DNA of 64,000 nucleotides, from NCBI GenBank assembly GCA_040225955.1, contig JBECUL010000002.1, forward strand, positions 38,312 through 102,311. Reading direction: 5' to 3'. Below are positions 41,432 through 51,406 of this stretch, in pieces. The position numbers and the translations under genes were made by a program. Position 1 is the stretch's first letter; each line of letters opens with the position of its first letter. Source of the DNA: Candidatus Asgardarchaeum abyssi (GTDB lineage Archaea > Asgardarchaeota > Asgardarchaeia > Asgardarchaeales > Asgardarchaeaceae). The notes under the pieces are model-generated. The model made no database searches, had not been told where the DNA came from, and saw only the letters and a list, made by a program, of their open reading frames with translations.

Positions 41432-41887
41432 TTATCCTGCCATGTAGTAGTATGTCCAATAACCGAATGTGTATTGTCCTAGTGGAACTTCGTAATATCC
41501 TTGATTTTGATATATTCTTGCTATGATATTTAAAGATATAGCGTAAATCACTTTAATCACATAATTTTCGGTTTCAACATCTGGATCTAAGTTCACTGAA
41601 TAAAGATCATAAAAGAAAATTACTCCATCCGACTCACTTGTAATGCAAGGTATATCTTTGTATGTGATTGTTATTGTATTTAAATCTTGATTAAGATTTG
41701 CCGATGGGCTTACTTTAGATTGTGAAAGTGCTGACACTCCAACACCGATTATTGATGTAAGAATGCCAACAGTGCCCCATCCACATAATTTACCTATAGC
41801 ATTAACACTAGCAATAAGAAGTCTAATAGCTGTATGAGCATGTTGCTCTTCTTGAGATTCGCCAACATCCGCTAAATATTCACGCAT
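41432..41887 (-). CDS. Hypothetical protein, probably the 3' fragment of a secreted protein with a Gly-rich hydrophobic hairpin
   Basis: LLIASVNAIGKLCGWGTVGILTSIIGVGVSAL; no SD or signal peptide at the 5' end. Confidence 0.45.
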   Translation of the reverse strand: MREYLADVGESQEEQHAHTAIRLLIASVNAIGKLCGWGTVGILTSIIGVGVSALSQSKVSPSANLNQDLNTITITYKDIPCITSESDGVIFFYDLYSVNLDPDVETENYVIKVIYAISLNIIARIYQNQGYYEVPLGQYTFGYWTYYYMAG

Positions 41888-41954
41888 AGTGGCGGTTGGA
41901 GATTCAACAATTGCTTTTAGTAAGAAAAATCATTACATCCGAACTTTAAGCTAT

Positions 41955-44900
41955 TTATATCTCCTCCTCTAAGATGCTCTCAAGTTCAATGTATTTTTCT
42001 TTAAGCCGTTTTAATGTTTCTTCGTCTGTTTGCCAATATCCTCTGCTGTTAGCTTCAAGCAACTTTTTAATTACTTTTTGAGCTGCCCATTTGTTAGCTT
42101 TTACAAGCTTATTGTATCTTTCTTCATCAAAAACTATTTTATCGGCAATCTCATTCCACATCCAGTTTTCAACTTCATTCAATGTAGAAGCCAAGCCTAA
42201 TAGGTTTTCTACGCGTGTTGCAATTTTTTCGGCTCCTGAAAAATCATGCTTTAGCATCGAGTCAAGCCATTTAGGATTTGCTAATCGAGTTATGACCCCT
42301 CGTTTTATTGCCTCTGTGGATTTCTCAACAACTATAAATTCCTTTGTAGTATCTGCCACCAACACTTGAGGCTTCTCACCTTTCAGTTCTTTTACCGTTC
42401 TTGCAACTCCACCTAGAAACTCGTAATAATGATCTAAGTCGGTGATTTCGTATTCTACAGTGTCTCTAACCTGTGTAACCAGATCTACGCTCTTTAGAAT
42501 TTCTTTAAAGATCTCTTCTGCTTTAACATTGCGGTATGTTCGTCCGTATGCGTATCTCATGCTATTCAAATATTCTCTAACGATATCCTGTTCTGTTGTC
42601 CAATTTGATGATTCTATTAATGCTGTGAGTGATGTAGCATATTCCCCTTCTGGTGGTCCAAATATTCTATAGATCTTCTCCTCTCCAATTTTTTCTTTGA
42701 GTTGTTTATTATTTGCTCTCACATAGTTCATATCATCTGGTTCATCCAATTCACTTACCTTTCTGATGGCTTGATCTAAAAGTTCAACTAAATTATAGAA
42801 GGTATCTCTAAAGATACCACAAATCGTGACCACGACGTCAATTCTTGGTCTTTTAAGCTCTTCGAGGGGTATAACTTCTATATCTCTAACATAGGGTCCC
42901 TTCCAGACTGGTTTAACACCTAATAGATGGAAAATCGTTGCAATTGTTTCTCCACCAGTTTTCATGGTTTCAAAAGCCCATAAAACGAGGTTTACTGTTC
43001 GCGGATATCGCCCATTTTGTTTAAAGAAGGTGTTTATGTAGTCCTCCGCGATCTTCCTTCCTCTTTCCAAAGCTATATCGTTTGGAACTGTTGTTGGGTC
43101 AAGCTGATATGTATTTCTTCCAGTTGGGAAAACATTAGGGTTCCTAATAATGTCTCCACCGGGACCCGGAAGAATATACTCTCCATTTAGAGCTCTACCT
43201 AAGTTTTCTAACTCCTTTGACTCTTTAATATTCTTCTTCACATGAATAAGGAAATCACGCACAGCTAGAAGGTCTTGTTCTCTCTCATCGGGCACGTTTT
43301 CTTTTATAACAAAGGTATAAATCCAGTCCCTAGCTTCATTTTCTATTTCTTCGATAATCTTACCATATCTTACACCCTGACTACTCATTTTTGATGGATT
43401 CTTTAGTAAATCAAAATATTCTAAGCCTCTTTTTTCAGCAAATATTCTAAAAAGACTCTTAATATTCCCTCGATCGTATCTGGAGATGTGAAGAAGTATA
43501 TCAACAATTTTCTGGTCATCTATTTTTTCACCGAAAGTATGAAGCCCTTCAGGAACCAAGGTTCTCTTATACTCTACAAGTTTATCATGAATCTCATCCG
43601 CTGAATTTCCTAGGTTAAACACCTTTGCTTTTTCGACTATTTTCTTTTCCAGTTCACTCGCTTTTTGCTTATCATATTGCAGAATCTCAAAGTATTGGTC
43701 TAGCAGCCTTTCAATTTCGATTAACTCTTCACTAAGTCCACTAACCATCGTTGGGGGACTTGCATGATTTATTATGAGTGCGTAGCTTCTTCTCTTAGCT
43801 ATGGAGGACTCAGAAGCATTGACAACATGATATAAGTAAATATTTGGTAGATTGCCTATTAGAATATCTGGGTAGCACTCGCTAGACAACCCTACTTCCT
43901 TACCTGGCAGAAATTCTAAAGTTCCATGAGTTCCAAGGTGGATAACTGCATCAACATTAGCTTTCTTTTCTAACCACTTATAAAAGGCAACATATTGGTG
44001 GTGGGGAGGTAAGTCTCTTGAATGATAAACTTTTGATGGATCCTCGTGCACACCCCTTGATGGTTGAATTCCAATGAAAACGTTACCAAGCTTAATTATC
44101 GGAAGGATAATCATATCACTGATTGCCATTATGCTGCCTGGAGGTTCGCCCCAAGCGCTAATAATATTTTCCTGAGCTGGCTTAGGTAGTTCCTTAAACC
44201 AATTACGATATTCCTCTAATGAAACTTTAGGAAGTTTTGCTATAGCATCTTGAGTTAATATCCAATCACCAGAGTTAACAAGCCCAGATGAAAGTATCAG
44301 CTTCTTTAATTCTTGAGGAGAGTACTCTTGTGGAATTGCGTAACCTAACTCTTTAAGATAGCTCAGTATATTTGAGAGACTTTTAAATGAGTCCAGGTAA
44401 GCTGCTTTTCCTATGTTTGCCTCACCAGGAGGATAATTGTAGAGGATAATCGCAATCTTCTTCTCTGAGTTCTTCTTTCTCCTAAGGTTAATCCATTTCT
44501 CCACCCTATTAGCAATTTTTTCTATTCTATCTTCCACAGCAATAAACTCTTGAATATCACCTGAAACGGTCTTTTCTGCTAAAACAGGACCAACAGAAAC
44601 TATTGGCTCAAAACGGCCATCAAGCTCAGGAAGTATAACAGTCGTTATTGTGACTATTGGGGATATTCCACCGCGATCTTTTTTCCATCGGTCTATAGTT
44701 TTTTCGGAGAGCAAGATTCCATGTAAGACTGGTACATTTAACCTTTTTAAAACATCAAATGTCTTCTCATGATCTCCTCCAAGAGGCCCACCTGCAAATC
44801 TGAACCAAAGTAAATCCACCATGATATCAATAATCGGTTTCTCACCATTTAGGAAGAAACGTTCAATTGCTAAATAATACCTAAGATCCGCTGAAAAGAC

Positions 44901-45701
44901 AGGAATCACACCTATTCCCTTTTCCTCTAATTTTTTTACGAGTGCTTCAACTGCTGGATATGTATGGTCATAGTGATAGCCACCATAACATAATATACCA
45001 ACAAGTGGAGCTTCTCGAAGGTCATAATCCTTTAAATAATCGTCAGTGCTTTGATATATCTTACCTGTCTTTACATTGATAATTCCCATTGATGGCATTA
45101 CAATAGGTGGTTGTGACACTTTTAGTATCTTCATGCCAGCGTATTCTTTCAGAAGCAGTATAAACATGTTGTAATAATTCTCTTCACAAGGATTATCATA
45201 ATACTTAGACAAGTACACATAATTCTTAGCATGTTTCAGAATCCCGATTGGAAGCCTCCGACCTATTTTTTCAAACCGCTCTCTCATTTGGAGAATTTTT
45301 CCATAATCGATCTTGCGTTCTTTTCTGAATAACTTTCCGATAATAGGTATCTTCTTCATCTTCTCAAAACTGGAAAAGGAAAAACTTCCCATTCGAGTTA
45401 ATCTGAAAAGTTGATCTGATCCCCCAATTAAGCATATTACTGTATTTTTTGTGTCCTTCAAGTTTTCAGTAAGTAGCTTAGTTACTATGTCACCGCCTCT
45501 GACATCGATTAAAACTATATCCGCGGTTCTTATCTCATTGACAAATTTTTCGATGTTTATAACTTCTCTATCTATATCGTATGGGCTGTAAAATTTGAAG
45601 GAAAAAATCTCACCGTATTCTTCTTTTATTTTCCTAATCGCACTGGCCATAGCCGGTTTAAACTGGTAGCCTATTAGTACTATAAGCGGTTGTCTATCCA
45701 T
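41955..45701 (-). CDS. cobN: CobN/ChlH-family chelatase large subunit
   Basis: LPELDG, NYPPGE, HLGTHGTLEFLPGK, AKRRS, PTGRN, RPRIDV, DHYYEFLGG, NPKW. Confidence 0.9.
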   Translation of the reverse strand: MDRQPLIVLIGYQFKPAMASAIRKIKEEYGEIFSFKFYSPYDIDREVINIEKFVNEIRTADIVLIDVRGGDIVTKLLTENLKDTKNTVICLIGGSDQLFRLTRMGSFSFSSFEKMKKIPIIGKLFRKERKIDYGKILQMRERFEKIGRRLPIGILKHAKNYVYLSKYYDNPCEENYYNMFILLLKEYAGMKILKVSQPPIVMPSMGIINVKTGKIYQSTDDYLKDYDLREAPLVGILCYGGYHYDHTYPAVEALVKKLEEKGIGVIPVFSADLRYYLAIERFFLNGEKPIIDIMVDLLWFRFAGGPLGGDHEKTFDVLKRLNVPVLHGILLSEKTIDRWKKDRGGISPIVTITTVILPELDGRFEPIVSVGPVLAEKTVSGDIQEFIAVEDRIEKIANRVEKWINLRRKKNSEKKIAIILYNYPPGEANIGKAAYLDSFKSLSNILSYLKELGYAIPQEYSPQELKKLILSSGLVNSGDWILTQDAIAKLPKVSLEEYRNWFKELPKPAQENIISAWGEPPGSIMAISDMIILPIIKLGNVFIGIQPSRGVHEDPSKVYHSRDLPPHHQYVAFYKWLEKKANVDAVIHLGTHGTLEFLPGKEVGLSSECYPDILIGNLPNIYLYHVVNASESSIAKRRSYALIINHASPPTMVSGLSEELIEIERLLDQYFEILQYDKQKASELEKKIVEKAKVFNLGNSADEIHDKLVEYKRTLVPEGLHTFGEKIDDQKIVDILLHISRYDRGNIKSLFRIFAEKRGLEYFDLLKNPSKMSSQGVRYGKIIEEIENEARDWIYTFVIKENVPDEREQDLLAVRDFLIHVKKNIKESKELENLGRALNGEYILPGPGGDIIRNPNVFPTGRNTYQLDPTTVPNDIALERGRKIAEDYINTFFKQNGRYPRTVNLVLWAFETMKTGGETIATIFHLLGVKPVWKGPYVRDIEVIPLEELKRPRIDVVVTICGIFRDTFYNLVELLDQAIRKVSELDEPDDMNYVRANNKQLKEKIGEEKIYRIFGPPEGEYATSLTALIESSNWTTEQDIVREYLNSMRYAYGRTYRNVKAEEIFKEILKSVDLVTQVRDTVEYEITDLDHYYEFLGGVARTVKELKGEKPQVLVADTTKEFIVVEKSTEAIKRGVITRLANPKWLDSMLKHDFSGAEKIATRVENLLGLASTLNEVENWMWNEIADKIVFDEERYNKLVKANKWAAQKVIKKLLEANSRGYWQTDEETLKRLKEKYIELESILEEEI

Positions 45702-45731
45702 GTTATTACACCTAATTGCTTATTATAGATA

Positions 45732-45759
45732 GTATGAAAAATTTAAACTAAAGTAATAC
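45732..45759. promoter_or_regulatory. NikR operator overlapping the cobN-like promoter
   Basis: GTATGA-N16-TAATAC (consensus GTATGA-N16-TCATAC), spanning TTTAAA, 31 nt upstream of ATG 45701. Confidence 0.7.
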
Positions 45760-45915
45760 TGTCGTTCAAAGATTATTTGATCATACTATTTAAGGATTGA
45801 TGTTAAAAAATAAGGCTGATTCTTAATTGGATATAAATAGAATATACTCTATTCTATAAGGCTAGTTTAGTGATGAAAAGGAATTTTAAAATGGAAAAAT
45901 TAATTATGTTATGTC

Positions 45916-46600
45916 TTAAATCTTAGAATCACTTATAATTTTTCCATCTCTTATTTTAATTATCCTATCAGCAATGGTGATAATTTCGGGATCGTGAGTA
46001 CTAATTATAAATGTGACATGGTACAGGTCTCTTAGTTTTTTCATAAGTTTTATTATACCTCTTCCAGTATTGGTATCTAAGTGTGCCGTTGGTTCATCAG
46101 CAAGAACTATTTTTGGATTGTTTATTAGTGCTCTTGCTATTGCTACGCGCTGTTGTTCACCCACACTAAGTTGCGATGGTTTATGCCTCAGTCTTTCCAT
46201 AAGTCCCACGGTTTCGATAAGTTCTAGTGCCTTATTCTTAACAGTCTCGAAATCATCTGCATATGGATACATTGGCAACGTTACATTTTCTAAAACATTA
46301 AGAAATTCGATTAAATTTATCTTCTGGAAGATAAAGCCGATGTTATTGTGCCTCCACTCAGCAGCTTCATCTTCAGAAAATTTAGTGATATCTACTTTAT
46401 CATAAAGAATCTTTCCCTTTGTAGGTTTTATTATAGCACCCAATAACAGTAGTAAGGTTGTCTTTCCACTACCAGAAGGGACCGAAAAGAACTATAAATT
46501 CGCCTTGTTCTATTTTTAAACTTACATCACGAACAGCATGGATATATCTTTTTTCGATACGATATACTTTAGATACGTTTGAAAGTTTAATTTGTGTCAT
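45916..46600 (-). pseudogene. LolD/MacB-type ABC ATPase with a +1 frameshift in Walker A
   Basis: ATG 46600 MTQIKLSNVSK...; GGTCCCTTCTGGT has one extra base, and removing it gives GPSGSGKTT; LSVGEQQR, LADEPT. Confidence 0.8.
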
Positions 46601-47613
46601 CTAGTAAGCACCTCTACAAACCTCTTTGCTACATAAACTTTTGCATAAAAATAAAGTAAGAACAGATCAATTAATACAACAAGAAGCGGATAATACACGA
46701 AAAACACGGCATTCAAAAATAAGATGTATTTCAGAGAGAGAATTGTAATATATGCAAGAAATAACAAATTAAGAAAGTATCCAAGTAGGAAAAACAGTGA
46801 ATACTCAATAAGAACTGTAAAAAGAATATACTTAAATTTCCATCCAACCGAAAACAAAATCGCACAATCGTCTCTTAAATTCAGTAAAAATAAAAAAGCA
46901 ATAATACATGTTGCGAACAACGATGTTATGGAGATAATCTTTAAATCTTCTACCTCATATTGAGATACTTTAACCAAACCGATTATTACTTTATATTCTA
47001 ATAATTCCTCTATGTTCTTTCTTACTCGTGTTACATTGGCAAAAAGATATAGCCATATCACAAGAAGTCTTATCCGTTCTATCTTTTTCGAAAACTTTAG
47101 AAGTATATCATACTGCAAAAAATCCGAGCCTATAATATCCTCTAAGCCTTCAGAATCCAATATACCAACAATCTTATATTTTGTTCCATTAAAAACTATG
47201 AAATCCCCTATTTCTTTATTCAAAACATTACTTACCACAATCTCATCTTCCGTATACGGAAATCTGCCTTTAGAGAGAGACCTTCTAACGAGACATTTCA
47301 TTTCTTCACTTGCTTCAATAAGTACGGTATCGTTAAGTATTTTGTAAGAGACCTCTGCCACGGTGATAACATCTTTTAGGTCTCTTACCTTATTGACCTG
47401 AGAAGTACTGATAAAATAATCTGGCGACTTCGAAGAGACAAAAAAGTACATTTTGTTTTGAAGCACTTCAAAGTTGTATAAGGGATAAAGAAATGTGAAG
47501 CATATAATAAAACTTATAATTAACCTTTCATGCCATTTTCTTTTTCCTCTTTTTAATAAGTATCTTGCCATGAGACTTATATTCACGATACAAACCATAA
47601 AGGAAAACCCCAC
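46597..47613 (-). CDS. FtsX-like ABC permease
   Basis: KGRFP loop, DDCAILFSVGW coupling motif, TMs; ATGA overlap with the ATPase. Confidence 0.7.
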   Translation of the reverse strand: MGFSFMVCIVNISLMARYLLKRGKRKWHERLIISFIICFTFLYPLYNFEVLQNKMYFFVSSKSPDYFISTSQVNKVRDLKDVITVAEVSYKILNDTVLIEASEEMKCLVRRSLSKGRFPYTEDEIVVSNVLNKEIGDFIVFNGTKYKIVGILDSEGLEDIIGSDFLQYDILLKFSKKIERIRLLVIWLYLFANVTRVRKNIEELLEYKVIIGLVKVSQYEVEDLKIISITSLFATCIIAFLFLLNLRDDCAILFSVGWKFKYILFTVLIEYSLFFLLGYFLNLLFLAYITILSLKYILFLNAVFFVYYPLLVVLIDLFLLYFYAKVYVAKRFVEVLTR

Positions 47614-47636
47614 ATCATAATTACTGAAGTGAAAAA

Positions 47637-48836
47637 CTATACTCGGAGCACTTTCTCTGCACTCACATTATAAGCTTTTATTATTGCAGGCAATGAAGAT
47701 ATAACTGTAAGAGATGTAGCTATGCATATTTGTATCGGAAGCATAACAACAAAGAAGAGATATATCATATAAAGATTAGGAATAGAGAACATAATTAATG
47801 AGCTAAGTAAAAGAGATATCGACAATCCTAAAATACTGGAAATTATCCCAAATATCGTATATCTCATAATGAAAAATTTCAGTATATCATTTCGTCTCCA
47901 TCCAAGTACTTTAAGAAGCGAAATTTCATTTGTTTTTCGTCTTATCTCCCAGATCATAATGAAAACCGAGAGGATGTATCCTATGAGTGTAGGATATAAG
48001 GTGCTTTCAACCAATAGTTCATGGTAACTCTTTTCATACTCAGTTACCGTCTCAACAACCACACCATGTGGATATTTTGATTTTATCCTATTAGCCACCA
48101 TGTCGATATCATAGCCTTCCTTGACTTTTACATTAATTGCATACTCAAAATCCACTTTCAACTCCGCACGTTCAGTAAAATTAAGCTGAGAAATTGCTTT
48201 ATATAACTTTAAATATGTTCCTAAGGGTGCATATACAGCAATTATATCAGTAAGGTCCAAATAAGCCTCTTCACGTCCATTCATTAATTGATTTGTAATT
48301 ACACCAACTATTGGCAGGCTGGCAACACCTAAATCCAACATGGTTTTATTTTCACCAATGCCTTTATACTCGCCTATATCTTTAAGAAGCTGCTCACCAA
48401 TACTCTCAATTATAACCGAATTCTCATAATTTGATTCGAAAAATCTACCCCTTACTATGAATTTGGGATGAGGAAATGTGATATCCTCAACATTACACCA
48501 ACTCAACTCTAAATAATAACTTCTATTCTGATACCTAAATTTTCCCGAAAAATAGATTTTTGCGGGATATACGGTCCATTTCACTCCTTCAATTTCTCTA
48601 ATAGCCTCTTCGATCACGGGAAAGTCTTCAACATCACCTAGAGGATGTACGATGATTTCAGTAGGCCACATCTGCAAATCCCAATATTCATCAGCTTCAG
48701 TGTATATTATAAGATTCCTAATTACAATGGAAACGAAAAATGATGAAACTATAAGCAGAATAAATACAGCGATACTGCTTTTTCTGCGCAAGTCTTTGGA
48801 CAATAGATGTAGTAATATAAATATTTTCTTGGGCAA
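47637..48836 (-). CDS. FtsX/MacB-like ABC permease
   Basis: RGRFF, NEISLLKVLGW, TMs; TTG after GAGGTGA. Confidence 0.8.
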   Translation of the reverse strand: MPKKIFILLHLLSKDLRRKSSIAVFILLIVSSFFVSIVIRNLIIYTEADEYWDLQMWPTEIIVHPLGDVEDFPVIEEAIREIEGVKWTVYPAKIYFSGKFRYQNRSYYLELSWCNVEDITFPHPKFIVRGRFFESNYENSVIIESIGEQLLKDIGEYKGIGENKTMLDLGVASLPIVGVITNQLMNGREEAYLDLTDIIAVYAPLGTYLKLYKAISQLNFTERAELKVDFEYAINVKVKEGYDIDMVANRIKSKYPHGVVVETVTEYEKSYHELLVESTLYPTLIGYILSVFIMIWEIRRKTNEISLLKVLGWRRNDILKFFIMRYTIFGIISSILGLSISLLLSSLIMFSIPNLYMIYLFFVVMLPIQICIATSLTVISSLPAIIKAYNVSAEKVLRV

Positions 48837-48839
48837 TAT

Positions 48840-49049
48840 TTAACTCACCTCATTATTTATATTATCACCAACACTTTCCCAGTTGCCATCGACTTGCACT
48901 TGAGCTGATTCACCCCAGAAGCCTTGGTCAACTACGTATTCTGACTTAGCAGAACCACTTGCTCCAATTATTTGAATAACATCAATAGAAAATGATACCA
49001 TTACTAAAAAGAATTAGGACAACATGATTAACTTATGCTTTAATCGCAT
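48840..49049 (-). pseudogene. Small secreted-peptide gene remnant with in-frame TAA
   Basis: MRLKHKLIMLS*FFLVMVSFSIDVIQIIGASGSAKSEYVVDQGFWGESAQVQVDGNWESVGDNINNEVS*; stop at 49016-49014. Confidence 0.45.
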
Positions 49050-49602
49050 CTTTATGCTCTACTCATCAACAAAGATCATTTATAATCTATATTTCTATTC
49101 TTTATTGTAGTTATATATTTTTTCGATGTAAATTTTCACCGCTTTGATGTTTGTTTTAATTAAATCTATTTAATGAAGTAGGCTTCAATCTCATGGAGAA
49201 GTAAATCTTCATTATTATTTCAATTTTTATTATTTTTCAAAAAATGACAATTTTCTTTTTATTTTAAAATTGCTTTTTTATATGAAGAAAGAATTCGATA
49301 TGAAAAATCTTTAACTTTTAATGATTCTTTCCGAAAGGCTTAGAAGGTGATTAAGTTAGCACTTTTTAAGAAAATCATTATATTCAAGCTTTAAATTAAT
49401 TATCAATTAAGCAAATTATGATAAAGGTAATTTCATTCTCTTTTTCTTACACGTGGATTTTTCCAATAGTGAATAAAATATTAATAGGTGTTTTAGTTTA
49501 AGTTATAATATAGTTTACAGACGTTAATAATGACTCCATATCATCACTTATATTGATTAGGTGAGCATTTTGAGAGTCAAGTTGGAGGTTTTAGAAGATT
49601 TT

Positions 49603-50148
49603 ATGAATAGGAGCATTTATAAATGGAGAGAAATTTACCTTAAGGAGATTAAAGAAGGCCCTTCAAGAAGACAAGTTATAACTAGGCCCAGTTTCAATCA
49701 TTTTGTTCACACACAAAGACCTTTCTTTAGCGATATTAATTTTGAAGATTCACATTACATTGCTAATTTTAGAACTATTGAATATACAACTTTAAAGTAT
49801 AATTTGTCTTCGAAAATAGTTATTTTGAGGCTTTCGGGATATAATCTCGGTAGAAGTATGGTTAAAAAGGGAATAATTCATAGTATGGACGACGTACCGA
49901 TAGCTCTTGTTCTATATAAGGTGGGCTTGGTGGACTTGATTAAAGAATCCTTCAACACCATGAAAATTAACATATATGAATGTATAAGTTGTTATGATCT
50001 ACCAAATGTTGGAAAGGCTATGTGCGACTTTGAGGCAGGCATTTTGCAAGGGATTCTAACGGAGCTTTATGGTAGTAACGTGGTTAAGGAGAAATACTGT
50101 TGGGGACTTGGAAATTCATTCTGCGGATTCGAAATATACTTCGAGTAA
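49603..50148 (+). CDS. corQ: V4R-domain sensor (CorQ-like)
   Basis: ECISC...MCDFEAGIL...CWGLGNSFCGF V4R cysteines; upstream of the CODH genes as in Thermococcus. Confidence 0.75.
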   Translation: MNRSIYKWREIYLKEIKEGPSRRQVITRPSFNHFVHTQRPFFSDINFEDSHYIANFRTIEYTTLKYNLSSKIVILRLSGYNLGRSMVKKGIIHSMDDVPIALVLYKVGLVDLIKESFNTMKINIYECISCYDLPNVGKAMCDFEAGILQGILTELYGSNVVKEKYCWGLGNSFCGFEIYFE

Positions 50149-50161
50149 ATTGGTGAGCAGC

Positions 50162-51289
50162 ATGTCCAAGAAGACACTCCTTGTTTCACCATCAAATAAA
50201 TGTGAGGGAAATTGTCATCATTGTTCATTAGTAGCGTTGAATGAGAAGGAACGCTTCCTACCCCTTAGGGCAATAGAAAGACTTGGAAGGCTCTGGAAAA
50301 ACTTTATGTTTGATGAGTCTATTATTCTATGTACTAATCCTCTTAAGCATACTCAGCTTCCTTCTATAATTGAATTATTACAGAGTTTTTCAAGGAAAAT
50401 ACATCTCTTCATCAACATAAACTCTCTTTCTAATGCATTAGATAAATCTATATTCGAGAGAATTAACGAGATAGTTCTCGTGATTCCTAGCATAGAGCTC
50501 GCAAGAAGATTTGAGAAACATATAAAGGTACTAATCTCTCAAGGTATAGAAAACATCTCTCTCTACTACGTTGTTATGGGAACTGCAAAGGACATAGGTA
50601 ATATTTTTTCATTGATACCTTTCTGCAGAACTTATGGTTTATCACTTAGGGTGGGCGAGCCACCATATTCTAAATATGTGAATATAAACCCAATTACACT
50701 ACTGGAAGGAAAGAGAAACGTAGAGATTTGTCTCCGATACGGCACACTTTATGGTTATTATGCTACGAATGCATTTATTAAAGGATATCCAGTAACTTTG
50801 TTGGCTAAACCATTTGAAACTACATGTAGAATGTTATACGTGGATGCCTCTGGTAGAGTAGGAAAGTGTCCGATACTTGATGGAAGGGTGCATTATAGAA
50901 AAGTAGACGAGAAGATTGTAAGAAGATTTATATTCTCAAAGTGCACAAGTAGCCATTTCAAATTGGAGTTCATACCCGTAGCTAATATCTCACTTATGAT
51001 AGGCGATAAGAAGGAAATACCTCACGATGTGCTTATGCTACTGGAAGTTATTGAACAGCTTAAGTCCTTTAGGGCTGCATGCTCTGCTTTGGGTTTCTCT
51101 ACATCTACCTATATGGAGAAAATTAAAAGCTTGGAGTACACTCTAGGCTTTAAACTTTTAACTTCGGAGAAAGGAGGTAAAATTAGAGGGAGAACAGTTT
51201 TAACAGATAAAGGGAGGTACATATTACAATTATACAAGGAGATTAGTGAGAGTGTAAACAAATATCTTTATCAGAATATGCATGCATGA
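50162..51289 (+). CDS. corR: CorR-like regulator: radical-SAM-like N-terminus plus C-terminal ModE/LysR-type wHTH
   Basis: CEGNCHHC (CX3CX2C), CRMLYVDASGRVGKCP, SFRAACSALG...GGKIRGRTVLTDKG. Confidence 0.7.
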   Translation: MSKKTLLVSPSNKCEGNCHHCSLVALNEKERFLPLRAIERLGRLWKNFMFDESIILCTNPLKHTQLPSIIELLQSFSRKIHLFININSLSNALDKSIFERINEIVLVIPSIELARRFEKHIKVLISQGIENISLYYVVMGTAKDIGNIFSLIPFCRTYGLSLRVGEPPYSKYVNINPITLLEGKRNVEICLRYGTLYGYYATNAFIKGYPVTLLAKPFETTCRMLYVDASGRVGKCPILDGRVHYRKVDEKIVRRFIFSKCTSSHFKLEFIPVANISLMIGDKKEIPHDVLMLLEVIEQLKSFRAACSALGFSTSTYMEKIKSLEYTLGFKLLTSEKGGKIRGRTVLTDKGRYILQLYKEISESVNKYLYQNMHA

Positions 51290-51294
51290 TCTGA

Positions 51295-51354
51295 TTCGTT
51301 TTCGAAAAAATATGCATTTAGATACATTAGTCGCTTATTTTTCGAATAACGGAA
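51295..51354. promoter_or_regulatory. Inverted repeat upstream of the cooF TATA box (candidate CorR site)
   Basis: TTCGTTTTCGAAAAAATATGC ... GCTTATTTTTCGAATAACGGAA, then TTATTTAAAT. Confidence 0.55.
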
Positions 51355-51406
51355 CGCTTATTTAAATGTAAGAAGCTCTTATAAAAATAGAAAAGGAGGG
51401 TAATCT

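Noticed and set aside
49050-49560. Long AT-rich intergenic region as a replication origin
   Set aside because: No repeated ORB elements and no orc1/cdc6 gene; better explained as divergent promoter DNA
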